A DNA stretch of 64,000 nt from a virus: IMG/VR virus record IMGVR_UViG_3300045988_109836; one strand, written 5' to 3'. A program made the translations under genes and the position numbers. Shown piece by piece: positions 9,067 to 18,988 of this stretch. The notes under the pieces were generated by a model that saw only the letters and a list, made by a program, of their open reading frames with translations, was not told where the DNA came from and did no database searches. Position 1 is the first letter of the stretch. The number at the start of each line of letters is the position of its first letter.

Positions 9067-9713
9067 TCTGGATAATGTTCTTTTACATATTCAACAATCT
9101 CTTTACTTATCGCTTCTTTTTGCAATTTCTCGTAAAAATCCGGGTCAACATATTTTCCCGGTTCTGTATAAAAATAGCATTCTTCGGGTGCAAAATAAAT
9201 AGGGTTAATAACAAAGTCTGCAAGGTCGTTTGGTAATCCTTCATGCTTTTTACTATATGCCAAGCATACTTTAGGCGAATCAATGGGTTCTCCAAGCTGT
9301 TTGGCAATCAAATGTAATTCCGATAATAACTTCCACACCTCATATCCGTTAACAGTTTTCTGTTTCATGTCTTCGCGTTTAGATATTATCACGTTAAACG
9401 GATAGACGGAATCCAAGCGTTCTTGAATTTCTTCTTCTATCACTCCTGCATCATAAAGCGCTTGCAAAACTTCCTCATCTTTTTTCTTCTCTTCTTCTGT
9501 AGGGTGGAATGTTTTTCTTGCTTCTTCATTAGACCATTTAAAAAGTTCTTCCCCTTGTTTTTCTCCGTCTAATCCGTGTTCCCGGTAATACTTTATTCTG
9601 ATTTTTTCACTGAAAACTGTCTCAGCGATTTTTAAAGAATCTGCTTTCTTCTTAATCTGGGAGTAGATGATTCCTACACTATCTATTAATTCTTTCTTTT
9701 CCTTTGTAATCAT
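9063..9713 (-). CDS. hypothetical protein (216 aa)
   Basis: ATG ORF, coupled by ATGA to the upstream gene. Confidence 0.8.
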   Translation of the reverse strand: MITKEKKELIDSVGIIYSQIKKKADSLKIAETVFSEKIRIKYYREHGLDGEKQGEELFKWSNEEARKTFHPTEEEKKKDEEVLQALYDAGVIEEEIQERLDSVYPFNVIISKREDMKQKTVNGYEVWKLLSELHLIAKQLGEPIDSPKVCLAYSKKHEGLPNDLADFVINPIYFAPEECYFYTEPGKYVDPDFYEKLQKEAISKEIVEYVKEHYPE

Positions 9714-9916
9714 ATTTTACCCTCCTCATGCTTTTCTACCAATTCCAGGTTCTGCGGTATAAACGCCCTTTGTTCGCCGTCTATCTTCAAATGATAATAG
9801 CGATTGCTCTCCGTTCCGCATATACTTGCTATTTCCGTAATCTGTCCGATTAACATCATATCGGAACAATGGAGTATTCGTACCTTGTCGCCTACTCCAA
9901 ACTTTTTAGTCTTCAT
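9710..9916 (-). CDS. hypothetical small protein (68 aa)
   Basis: The ATG at 9916 (MKTKKFGV) is preferred over the TTG of the track ORF. Confidence 0.6.
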   Translation of the reverse strand: MKTKKFGVGDKVRILHCSDMMLIGQITEIASICGTESNRYYHLKIDGEQRAFIPQNLELVEKHEEGKI

Positions 9917-10133
9917 AATTCTTGTCAATTTTATAATTAAACGCTTCCAAAAATGATTCTACCACCATCTTGTTGAGTATTGGTTCTCCCTGGTGTGTAT
10001 AGATAGGGATAAGATGGTGTTTCTGGCACCACATGTCCATCATCTTAGATTCTGCAAACTGCCACAAAAGCTTTTCATAGCTTTCTTCCGTGTGTACCTG
10101 GATTTCTCCTTTAGGGTTGGTTATTCGTATCAT
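9906..10133 (-). CDS. hypothetical small protein (75 aa), first gene behind promoter copy 3
   Basis: ATG ORF. Confidence 0.65.
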   Translation of the reverse strand: MIRITNPKGEIQVHTEESYEKLLWQFAESKMMDMWCQKHHLIPIYTHQGEPILNKMVVESFLEAFNYKIDKNYED

Positions 10134-10157
10134 AATACCTTGTTTTTAAGTTCTGCA

Positions 10158-10222
10158 CAAAAATAATATTGTATTATCACATAAGCAACTGCGTATGTCC
10201 TTTTAACACTGTTTTAACATAT
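10158..10222 (-). promoter_or_regulatory. conserved promoter-family copy 3
   Basis: -7 box TATTTTTG (10158-10165), palindrome at 10178-10199, and two GTTAA boxes. Confidence 0.6.
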
Positions 10223-10650
10223 TATTCTTTCTCCACATATTCGATTATAGGAGTTTCCTCTACCTTTGTCAGTCTGCATTCACCTACACAATCCTGCATG
10301 TATTCCAGCGCTTTAGTAGAGGCTTTCACAAAGTCCTCGTGCTGTTGCAATACAATCATCTTGTATTGCCTTATCTTTCCGGAAACGGTTGCCTCGCTGT
10401 ATACGCCCGTGCACTTGTACCATCTTCCCCCGTGTTCCTCGTTGCGTTTCACCGAATCCACAATCACCTCCTTAATAGGGGATATGGCAAAGTCCGCGTC
10501 TATATTAAACATCCCGTACCCGGTTGCCATTGTTTCGGCATCCATGTAATTTTCTGCCTGTACCGCTATGACATCGACAAACTTTTTATAATTACCGCTT
10601 GTCGAATTCGGGTCGGGCGCCATATAGGTAAACGTACACTCGAATATCAT
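10222..10650 (-). CDS. hypothetical protein (142 aa)
   Basis: ATG ORF with ATGA coupling. Confidence 0.75.
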   Translation of the reverse strand: MIFECTFTYMAPDPNSTSGNYKKFVDVIAVQAENYMDAETMATGYGMFNIDADFAISPIKEVIVDSVKRNEEHGGRWYKCTGVYSEATVSGKIRQYKMIVLQQHEDFVKASTKALEYMQDCVGECRLTKVEETPIIEYVEKE

Positions 10651-10982
10651 TCCTTTGTCTCCTCTTCTTTAGGACAAAGCACACATATAGGCACGGCCGG
10701 ATATTGGCATACAAGCGGAATACAAGCCGTTTCCGCGTTCTTATTCTTCCCTCTTATCTCCCCTACAAGGTCATTGAATTCTTCTTTGTCCACGAAAAGA
10801 TATAGAGGGTGAACCTTATAATCCTTATCCTTCTGTATCATGATTTTCTGCTGTTCCATGTGGATATTCAGCATTTCCTGGGTCGGCAGATATTCTTCCA
10901 GTCCTATTACCTTATTGGCACATACAAGTGATACACTCTTTCCCGGTTCTATTACGGGAATATACATTTTCGGTTTCTTCAT
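10647..10982 (-). CDS. hypothetical protein (111 aa)
   Basis: ATG ORF with ATGA coupling at both ends. Confidence 0.7.
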   Translation of the reverse strand: MKKPKMYIPVIEPGKSVSLVCANKVIGLEEYLPTQEMLNIHMEQQKIMIQKDKDYKVHPLYLFVDKEEFNDLVGEIRGKNKNAETACIPLVCQYPAVPICVLCPKEEETKE

Positions 10983-11197
10983 AACTTTAAGTATTTACCT
11001 TTGTCAATTCTTTTTACTTCTCCTTTACTCATTTTCTTTAATAGGAAGTGGTCTATTCCACTTCTAACGGAACCGGGGTGGAAATCCTTTATCTTTGTGA
11101 TAAATTCAATCCGGGAAAACTCCGTGCCCGGTTTCATCCACTTAAATTCGCGGTCTATTTCCGTATATACGGTTTTCTTAGGTTCGTCGTCAAACAT
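10979..11197 (-). CDS. hypothetical small protein (72 aa), possibly a winged-helix protein
   Basis: ATG at 11197 (MFDDEPKK). The fold guess is weak. Confidence 0.5.
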   Translation of the reverse strand: MFDDEPKKTVYTEIDREFKWMKPGTEFSRIEFITKIKDFHPGSVRSGIDHFLLKKMSKGEVKRIDKGKYLKL

Positions 11198-12641
11198 TGC
11201 AATACACAAGCTCCTTTCTTGCCCTGGTTATAGCCACAAACAATAAACATTTTTCATTATATAATGCTTCTTCCGTGTTGGCGTATTTGCTTGGAATCAA
11301 ATTTCTGTTAAGTAAGAAAACACGGTCTGCCTCCAGTCCTTTAGACTTATGGATAGTGGATAACACAATACCCTCCGTATCGTCCTTGTATATCTCTTTG
11401 ATATTATCTTCCAACTTCTTCATATTACCCCAATTCTTGTAAAGCATTTTCAATATGGTACACTTTTCCAGGAAAGCCACATAGGAAGGGTTATTCTTTG
11501 CCTGGATATCAGTAAGACCGCGTTCTTTCAGTTCTGAAATTTTCCTTTCACACATCGCGTCCAGGTCCTCTATATGCTTTATCTTGTCTACCAATGCCAC
11601 AAGCGCATCCCCGTAATCCTTGCCTTTGATTGTCGCTTTCTTTCCCATTTCCAATAAATAGAGGAAGACCGTTGCCAAAGGCAGGTTGTTCCGGCATAGA
11701 ATAAAATCCCCGTTTTCCGCTTCGTCAAATTCTCCTTTTCTTACAATACCATCTATTGCATTAGGCGCGGCAACAATACCATTGTTAAAAACTTTTCTTG
11801 CTTCCTCTACTATGTTTTTACCGCATCTATATGTAATATCCAACGGTAATACTATGGTGTTGGGATAAGATTGCAAAGACTTGAAAACTTCTAAAGAACT
11901 TCCCTGGAAACCGTATATACATTGCCGGGAATCACCGACAACTACAAACCGACCGCTTTTCTTTATATAACGTAAAGCAAGCTCTTTTTGTAAAGTATTC
12001 GCATCTTGTTGTTCATCCAAGGTAACAATATCATATTTAGGAAAATCCTCACTGTCAAGTAATTGGTAAGGGAAATAAAGCATATCGGTAAAATCAATGT
12101 TGATTTCTCTTACTGAATTTATCTTCTTCATTTCCTTGTGCCAGGCATTTCTAATCTGCTCCATATCCCCTACCATACGGTCCTGGAATTCGATATTTTT
12201 CTCAATACAGATATCCGGTATTTCCTTTTCATAATCAGTAATAAGATTAACACGGATATAATTCCATATTATCTGTATCTCGAATAGGTATCGAATCTGT
12301 TGCTTCACGTCCATATCCTTTGTGTCCAAAATTTTCTTTCCGACAACAAAGCATTTATTGTCGTTAATTTTCGGCTTTATACGGAAATTGGAAAGCAACA
12401 CGCGCAAACCCTTGGAATGAAAAGTATTTACATCTATATGAGACGGTAAACGTTCCCTCAATTCTTCCGCAATGCTTTTATTGAATGCCATAAACAGAAC
12501 CTTTTTATTAGGCGGTGTCCTTCTGCAACACTCCACTATACAAGTGGTCTTGCTGCTGCCTGCCGTTGCTTCTATGGCAATATTTTTCCGTGTATTCTCG
12601 TATGCGTCGAAAATGGCTAATTGTCTGTCACTCCATTTCAT
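11190..12641 (-). CDS. UvrD/Rep/PcrA-like superfamily-1 DNA helicase
   Basis: Motifs ATAGSSKTT (Walker A-like), VTLDEQQD, VVVGDSRQCIY, TIHKSKGLEADRVFL and FVAITRARKEL. Confidence 0.85.
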   Translation of the reverse strand: MKWSDRQLAIFDAYENTRKNIAIEATAGSSKTTCIVECCRRTPPNKKVLFMAFNKSIAEELRERLPSHIDVNTFHSKGLRVLLSNFRIKPKINDNKCFVVGKKILDTKDMDVKQQIRYLFEIQIIWNYIRVNLITDYEKEIPDICIEKNIEFQDRMVGDMEQIRNAWHKEMKKINSVREINIDFTDMLYFPYQLLDSEDFPKYDIVTLDEQQDANTLQKELALRYIKKSGRFVVVGDSRQCIYGFQGSSLEVFKSLQSYPNTIVLPLDITYRCGKNIVEEARKVFNNGIVAAPNAIDGIVRKGEFDEAENGDFILCRNNLPLATVFLYLLEMGKKATIKGKDYGDALVALVDKIKHIEDLDAMCERKISELKERGLTDIQAKNNPSYVAFLEKCTILKMLYKNWGNMKKLEDNIKEIYKDDTEGIVLSTIHKSKGLEADRVFLLNRNLIPSKYANTEEALYNEKCLLFVAITRARKELVYCNV

Positions 12642-13108
12642 CTTGTAAAATAGGTTAACTGATTGATATAATCTACCAATGATTTATAGTCTTTTTCGCG
12701 CTTCATGTCCATTTTCTTTTTAATTACGCTAATAACATCACCGAATTCTGCATTATTGTAGTAAACAATTCTGTTATAACTTATCTTATTTACTACCCAT
12801 ATATCCACATCCACATCCTCTATTTTTATACGATATAGAGGACCTGTTTCCGGATATTCGGAAAGGATGTCACTTTTCATGGCCTTGTTTATCCTTGCCA
12901 TTGTATTTAAAACGCGCAGAGAATCGTCGCTTATCCCTTCCATCTCTATATCAAGGTCGTGTGGTTCCACATTGAAACCATGTATATACATGGCCATACT
13001 TCCACCCACAACCATGCGTTTACACTGCAAACTGTTCTTTAATACGTTCAAAACTTTAAACAATTTGTTAACTTTCTCTTCTTTAGCCAAAACAAAATCT
13101 TCATTCAT
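12638..13108 (-). CDS. putative nucleotidyltransferase-fold protein
   Basis: The MVVGGSMAMYIHGF...PHDLDIEM pattern (GG-S...D-x-D) is typical of minimal nucleotidyltransferases. ATG at 13108. Confidence 0.45.
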   Translation of the reverse strand: MNEDFVLAKEEKVNKLFKVLNVLKNSLQCKRMVVGGSMAMYIHGFNVEPHDLDIEMEGISDDSLRVLNTMARINKAMKSDILSEYPETGPLYRIKIEDVDVDIWVVNKISYNRIVYYNNAEFGDVISVIKKKMDMKREKDYKSLVDYINQLTYFTR

Positions 13109-13129
13109 AATTCTATCATTGGTAATTAT

Positions 13130-13149
13130 ATACAAGTTTACACTTGTAT
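13130..13149 (-). other. perfect 8-bp hairpin abutting the tnpB stop codon (transposon-end or omega-RNA element, or terminator)
   Basis: ATACAAGT-TTAC-ACTTGTAT lies directly 3' of the TAG at 13150-13152. Confidence 0.5.
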
Positions 13150-14364
13150 CTATTTATTAATAAATTTCTTAACTGGGTTATACCCAAACCCTCTATAGAG
13201 TGGCATTGCTGCATCCCCTTTTACTTTTCTCATGATGTTGTAGGCTCCGTTTATATCTGCATTGAGTAAAATTCCGTCCCTTGTTCTGAAAAGACCTCTT
13301 TTTACTCTCTTTCCAACATAACTATCATGATGTTTTATCTCCTCTAAATCTAAAGAACTGCATTTCGACGTGTGAGATTCGTTTATTTCAACAAATCTTA
13401 GTCCTTGTCTTTCAGATTTATACCTTAACATTGATATGAACGTCTCAAACGGAATTGAAACAAAATTCTGATTGTTTCTTTTACTCATATTCACTTCCTG
13501 TTTCCATCCGTCATTATGTCCCACTATCAATGTCGTTATGTTGTCTTCCAGGCACATGCCTACAATTTCCTTGCTTGCCTTATGCAAATAATCCTTGACC
13601 TTATTATTTCTTTTTCTTGTAAGGTTCATTAACCATCTCGAATTTTCCTTTCCATTTGTTTTCTTTAATTGTGATTGAATTTTAGCTTTTTTCTTGTTAT
13701 AATACTGATTGATAGACTTCAGTTTCTTTCCATCCACCAAAACAGCCTTATTACTCGTATTCATTACAATAGAAGCAAGATTATTAACCCCCAAATCAAT
13801 AGACATATATCTATTGTTATCCGGTAACTGTTCCTTTACTTCTGATTCATACACCAATTCTATTACATAACAGTCTGATTTCGGAACAAATCTGACTTGC
13901 TTAACCGTTCCTTCCTTACATCTGGTTTTCAATGGTTGCAAACCTTCTTTCTTTGGAAAGTAAATATATTCTCCTCTATGCTTAAATTGTGCATAAGAAT
14001 AAGAAAATATATTTCTTCCTTTTGTTTTATGCTTGTATTTCGGGAATTTAGGACATCCAGTAAATTTCTTGTTATCCCTTTTCCATGCTTTAATGGCTGA
14101 AAAATAAGATTTCAGATTTCTATCCAAAGCCATTAAAATTTGTTGGGAAGAGGAACCACTCAAAGCCCTAAAATCAACGTTGTTTTCTGCAACCATCTTT
14201 TTGTTAAGCTCCACAGACCTTATCCATTTCCCGGAAACAAGAAATTCTTGCTTTATGATATACAAAGCCGCGTTATACAAGTTCTTAGATAAGAAACAAA
14301 TCCGGTCTAAATCCTTGTACCTCTTGTCATTGACTGTTATTATATGTTGCTCCGTTAAATACAT
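13150..14364 (-). mobile_element. tnpB: IS200/IS605-family TnpB (OrfB, IS1341-like) RNA-guided nuclease gene, with no tnpA
   Basis: 404 aa. Motifs SIDLGVNNLA (RuvC-I), GHNDGWKQEV...NQNF, ESHTSKCSSLD and NADINGAYNIMRK (RuvC-III). Confidence 0.8.
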
Positions 14365-14436
14365 ATCGCAAATATAAATAGAATATTTTAAATTTCCTAT
14401 TTATTTATATAATTTTTAGTGCAAAGTTCTATATAG

Positions 14437-14895
14437 TTACCCTATCATTTTATCAAGTTCGTAATCTTCAAAATTCTTGTAATCTGCCAGCATGTCGGCC
14501 ACATGATTTCCGTATATTATAGGGTTGTTTACATCCTTTTCATGCCCTCGGACTTTCATAAACCGTACGACCATCCGTCTACGCTCGCATAGTTCTTGTT
14601 TTATTTTTTCTATAATATCCTTGTTTGCCACTGGTCTTAATTCCGGGTCTGTCATACAGCTAACCGCATACTGGCTGTCGCTCCATATCGTAACCTTTAG
14701 AGGTACCTCCTTTTTTATACTCTGCACTGCATGCAATATCGCTCTTAATTCGCATCTGCTTATGGTGGTGTCACTGTAGCCCTTGGAAATAAAGTATTCT
14801 TTTCCTTCTTCCTGGATATACACACCGCAACCGCCAAGACGCGAACGCCATTCGCAGCTTCCGTCGGTAAATATTGTTATTTCTTTTCTTTCCAT
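14437..14895 (-). CDS. rnhA: ribonuclease HI
   Basis: Motifs IFTDGSC...GGCGVY, ISRCELRAILHA, IWSDSQY and GNHVADMLA, matching the D-E-D-D RNase H pattern. Confidence 0.85.
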   Translation of the reverse strand: MERKEITIFTDGSCEWRSRLGGCGVYIQEEGKEYFISKGYSDTTISRCELRAILHAVQSIKKEVPLKVTIWSDSQYAVSCMTDPELRPVANKDIIEKIKQELCERRRMVVRFMKVRGHEKDVNNPIIYGNHVADMLADYKNFEDYELDKMIG

Positions 14896-16568
14896 TCCTT
14901 CAATTTCTTTATCAGTGCAATATCGGTTGAATCGTCCCGGCTTATCTGTACGTCAATACCCTTGTTGACTGCATCCGTTACCTTTATCTTTCCGTCCAGC
15001 AATTCGCGTATCTGTACATCTATTGTATCATTGGACAAAAGAAAATAGACATTCATCGTCTGCGTCTGTCCCATACGGTCAATTCTTCCGGTTGCCTGTT
15101 CCAGTTCTGCCGGGCGTTGCGGCAATTCGATAAATGCCATATTGTAACAATACTTCTGCAATCCGTCTATACCAGTAGATAAAGATGCAATATTTGCAAA
15201 TAGGAAGGTCTTTTCTTTCTTCCATGTCTCAACTTTTCGCATCTTCTCTTCCGTACTGTATTTGCCCGTCACTACCTCACTGTCCTTAAATTCCTTTCCA
15301 AGTTTTTCCAGTATATCGGTCGTGATACCGAATACTATCATTTTTTCGTCCTCGTTCGCCTCGCTCCACTCTTTCAGAAATTGAACAATAAACTTTATCT
15401 TTCCGTTTATGGATAGTTTTTTCAATCCGGACAATCTCACAAGCTGCTCCGCACGTATGGCACGTTCTGCCGCCTCTATGTCAATATTAGCCAGCCATTC
15501 GATAAAATCCTTTTCTGCTTTCCTATATTCCTTTTTATTGGTTATCGGTACATTCACTGTCTGTTTGATTATAGGCGGCAATTCGTTCACCACGTCTCGC
15601 AATTCCTTCCGGAAATAACAATAATGTCTTATTATTTTATTTAGCTCCATCGTACACGAAGCCCCGGTACACACAAGTCCGAACCGTGTTTTCTTTGCTG
15701 CGCAATACCTATAGAGATAATATAACGAATCCGGGAATATCTCTTTGAACCTTCCAAGAATCCGCAATATATTGATAAGCTCCTGGGGCCTGTTCATAAT
15801 TGCCGTACCGCTTAATCCTATTGTTTTTTCTGCATTCTCCACGATTTTCTGCACACATTTAGAGCGTATAGATTTCGGATTCTTGCATAGGTGTATTTCA
15901 TCAATTACTGCCAATCCCCATTTCTTGGTAAGTGAACGGCTGTAACGAAGTTTTACCTCTTTCTTTCCTTCTTCCTTTGCACTGCGTTTGAAAAGATAGT
16001 CATAATTTATTACCGTCACATCCGCTTTCCAGTCCGTGTTTGTCTCGTCCTTCGAATCAATAATATGGACCGTTCTGTTAGGGTTGCAAAGCTTCCATTC
16101 ATTGACCCAGCTTTGTTTTACTGTTGCTGGGCAAACCACAATGCAGGGGAATAGATTAAGCAATTCTGCCAGCGCTATAGACTGCCTCGTCTTGCCTACA
16201 CCAGGACCGCAACCGTTAAGGCAATTGCCATGATTTACCATATAAGACACACCTTCTATCTGATAATCCCTTAGATGCAGGGGCAATCCCAGATAATCAA
16301 ACATTTCTCTCAATTCCTTTTCGTTTACAAGTGGCTTGATTTCCTTTAGAGGTATTTCTATCTGCCTTTCCGGTTTTTCGTTCTTGAATCCGTTACCTTC
16401 CAAGAAATATTTTAACAAAAGAGATTTTTCTAAAGACGGTTCAAAATACCATTCTTTCAAAGCCGGGTTATATTTGGCTCCAAAATCACGTTTCATTTTA
16501 TTTACAAAATTGGCATTATAATTAAAGCCAATATAAACGTAGTCTTTATCTCTATACCAATATCTCAT
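14877..16568 (-). CDS. SNF2/RAD54-family helicase
   Basis: Motifs LRDYQIEGV, GPGVGKTRQ, DEIHLCKN, SGTAIMNRPQEL and QATGRIDRMGQT. Confidence 0.9.
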   Translation of the reverse strand: MRYWYRDKDYVYIGFNYNANFVNKMKRDFGAKYNPALKEWYFEPSLEKSLLLKYFLEGNGFKNEKPERQIEIPLKEIKPLVNEKELREMFDYLGLPLHLRDYQIEGVSYMVNHGNCLNGCGPGVGKTRQSIALAELLNLFPCIVVCPATVKQSWVNEWKLCNPNRTVHIIDSKDETNTDWKADVTVINYDYLFKRSAKEEGKKEVKLRYSRSLTKKWGLAVIDEIHLCKNPKSIRSKCVQKIVENAEKTIGLSGTAIMNRPQELINILRILGRFKEIFPDSLYYLYRYCAAKKTRFGLVCTGASCTMELNKIIRHYCYFRKELRDVVNELPPIIKQTVNVPITNKKEYRKAEKDFIEWLANIDIEAAERAIRAEQLVRLSGLKKLSINGKIKFIVQFLKEWSEANEDEKMIVFGITTDILEKLGKEFKDSEVVTGKYSTEEKMRKVETWKKEKTFLFANIASLSTGIDGLQKYCYNMAFIELPQRPAELEQATGRIDRMGQTQTMNVYFLLSNDTIDVQIRELLDGKIKVTDAVNKGIDVQISRDDSTDIALIKKLKEWKEKK

Positions 16569-16582
16569 TTCTAAAAAATTTA

Positions 16583-16590
16583 CAAAAATA
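16583..16590 (-). promoter_or_regulatory. -7 box TATTTTTG upstream of the SNF2 gene
   Basis: Minus-strand TATTTTTG lies 15 nt upstream of the ATG at 16568. Confidence 0.4.
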
Positions 16591-16618
16591 AGAGGCTTAT
16601 TTTCTCAAACCAGCCTCT
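16591..16618 (-). terminator. rho-independent terminator after the ligase gene
   Basis: Stem AGAGGCT/AGCCTCT, followed on the minus strand by TATTTTTGTAAATTTTTT. Confidence 0.6.
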
Positions 16619-16650
16619 CCCACTATGTCAAACAAACAAAAGAAACTCAA

Positions 16651-18585
16651 TCAAATGTTGAATTTTTTCTTAAATTCCTCAAACGTGAAAACGGGTATTC
16701 CGTATTGTTCCGCTTTCTTTTCCTTGATGGTTCCCAATCCTTTTTCCTTGACTACCAAACAAGTTGTTTTCTTGCTTACAGAAGAACCTATTTTATGTCC
16801 TTTTTCTGTCAATTTCTTTTCCGTGTCCGGTGAACGAAATCCGGTAAATACAACCGTCATTTGACCATCAAAAGACTTTTCTTCCAGTCCGTAATAGGTA
16901 ATAGGAATGTGTGCAGAATCATCGTCATTTGCCCACCAGTCAATGATACCATAAATAAATGCCAAAGCCGTATTAAATCCAACACCTTCAATCTTATCTT
17001 CAATGTCAGCCGCCCAACTTTCATCACATTCTTTTGCAAAAACGGCTACATCTTCACAATTATATAGCTTCAATCCGTCAAGAATTTTTTGGCATGTCTT
17101 TTCGGCTATTACACCTCCAAATAAATTATAGGCTGTCAATAATTTTGCAAAGTTCGTACCTTTCTTTTTCAACTCCTCAAACTGTCTTGAAAGCACTTTT
17201 GCTGCTACATTTCCGATACCTTCGACTTTCTTAAGGTCTTCTTCTGATAATAGAAGAATACTGTCCGGTGTCTTGTATCCAGCATTAAACAGCTTCTTTA
17301 TTGTCGGTTCTCCGAACTCTTCAAATCCCAAAGTTGTAAAGAAATATACACATTTGGCAAGCATTATACCGTCACAATTTTTGTTGGAACAAATCAAGTC
17401 CACACCGTTTTTATCCATTTCCAAAGGTTTTCCACAAACGGGGCATTTATCGGGCAAACAATCTTTTACCGTAGGATAGGACACCGTACACAAGTGTTTC
17501 GGTATCACGTCACCGGAGCGGCATATAATGACATTGGCACCTGGCATTATATGGTTGTCTCTTACATAACGGGCATTATATGCTGTACATTTGGAAACCG
17601 TAGCACCGCACAAATCAACGGGCATAATGTCAATTACCGGGGATAATCTGCCATCCTTGGAAATCTGCCATCTTACATTTTCTACTTTCGTTTCCTCTCT
17701 TTCCGACCAGTCCGGGTTCTTATAGGCAATCGCATAACGTGGATTACCGTTTGGTAATCTTCCAAGTTCTTTCCGTATTTCTGCACTGTCCACGTCGATA
17801 ACAAGACCGTCGCATTTATAATCGTCCGTTATGTTTTCAAAGATACGGTTCATGTAATCTGTAAACATCTTCTCGCTATGTATGATTGATTCTACAAACG
17901 TTTCCACATAACGGACCTTTACTGCCGAATTATCATTCAGATAGGCGAGCATGCTTACCTTGTCCCAATCCTCATTGGAATACCCATATCTTATATACTG
18001 GATATTACCTACATTAACAGACACAGTAGGTGAATTGATGATACCAGCAACCGCGTTTCTTGCAGACTTATAGCTGGTCTTTTTCTTTAACGTCAAGAAT
18101 GTGGAATTACGGAAAATGGCTTCTCCAAATGTATAATATCCTTCCGTTCTTTTCACATCCTTAAAATCATGGTTAATCATCTGTGAAAAATGAGAAGTAC
18201 AATTTTGACCTACCTCACCATCTCCACGGGTCCACGCCTTCTTATTGTATTCATCCACACATAAAGAGATGCCGTCAAATTTAGGAGTGATAATCAGTCT
18301 ATCCTCGTCTTTCAGTCCACACGATTTTATCCACCTTACAATCTCGTCATAAGTCTTTACCTTTTCAAGACTGTACATGGGAATAGGCAGCTTTTCTTTT
18401 CTTCCGAGAACCTCGTCATTAACTCCTTTCTTGAACCAGTCCGCATTAGGGTTAACTGCATGCAGTTGTTCTACCAGTGCGTCAAATTCCGCATCCGTTA
18501 TTTCCGGCTCGCCTCTACGATAGGCGTTGTTATATTCCCTTATCTTGCCCTCCAATACTTTAGGGTCTAAATTTGATTTTGCCAT
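16651..18585 (-). CDS. ligA: NAD-dependent DNA ligase
   Basis: The N-terminal Ia domain reads YNNAYRRGEPEITDAEFDAL. The adenylation motif is KFDG. A 4-Cys Zn finger (CPVCGKPLE...CSNKNC), HhH region and C-terminal BRCT domain (VVFTGF...) are present. ATG at 18585. Confidence 0.9.
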   Translation of the reverse strand: MAKSNLDPKVLEGKIREYNNAYRRGEPEITDAEFDALVEQLHAVNPNADWFKKGVNDEVLGRKEKLPIPMYSLEKVKTYDEIVRWIKSCGLKDEDRLIITPKFDGISLCVDEYNKKAWTRGDGEVGQNCTSHFSQMINHDFKDVKRTEGYYTFGEAIFRNSTFLTLKKKTSYKSARNAVAGIINSPTVSVNVGNIQYIRYGYSNEDWDKVSMLAYLNDNSAVKVRYVETFVESIIHSEKMFTDYMNRIFENITDDYKCDGLVIDVDSAEIRKELGRLPNGNPRYAIAYKNPDWSEREETKVENVRWQISKDGRLSPVIDIMPVDLCGATVSKCTAYNARYVRDNHIMPGANVIICRSGDVIPKHLCTVSYPTVKDCLPDKCPVCGKPLEMDKNGVDLICSNKNCDGIMLAKCVYFFTTLGFEEFGEPTIKKLFNAGYKTPDSILLLSEEDLKKVEGIGNVAAKVLSRQFEELKKKGTNFAKLLTAYNLFGGVIAEKTCQKILDGLKLYNCEDVAVFAKECDESWAADIEDKIEGVGFNTALAFIYGIIDWWANDDDSAHIPITYYGLEEKSFDGQMTVVFTGFRSPDTEKKLTEKGHKIGSSVSKKTTCLVVKEKGLGTIKEKKAEQYGIPVFTFEEFKKKFNI

Positions 18586-18587
18586 AA

Positions 18588-18899
18588 TCAAAATTCGTTT
18601 TTCTTGTTAGCAATAAAGTAAATGTAATCGTCATTTCCGAACTTAAAATCCTTTCTCGGTCTTCCCTGCAACCGGGTATCTATTCCGATAGGGTTCAATT
18701 CAGACAACTGGAAAGTAAGGTGTCTAACATCCTCGGTTATATCCACCGCACCGCGTACCTCATTAAAAGGGTTATCCCTTGTCTTCGTAGCAAAATTTTC
18801 CACCAGAAACACTTTGTATGTTCCTAAAAAATTCACTGTTATAAACTTGTAGCCCGTGAGAGCTACAAGCGTCCAAATATTTTCTACTAATTCGTTCAT
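18588..18899 (-). CDS. hypothetical protein (103 aa), first gene behind promoter copy 4
   Basis: ATG ORF. Confidence 0.7.
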   Translation of the reverse strand: MNELVENIWTLVALTGYKFITVNFLGTYKVFLVENFATKTRDNPFNEVRGAVDITEDVRHLTFQLSELNPIGIDTRLQGRPRKDFKFGNDDYIYFIANKKNEF

Positions 18900-18924
18900 A
18901 ATCTATATCTCACTTCTCACTTCG

Positions 18925-18988
18925 CAAAGATAATCTTATGTTATCACATACGCAAGTGCTTATGTCCTTTTAACACTGTTTTAACATA
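18925..18988 (-). promoter_or_regulatory. conserved promoter-family copy 4
   Basis: -7 box TATCTTTG (18925-18932), palindrome at 18945-18966, and two GTTAA boxes. Confidence 0.65.
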
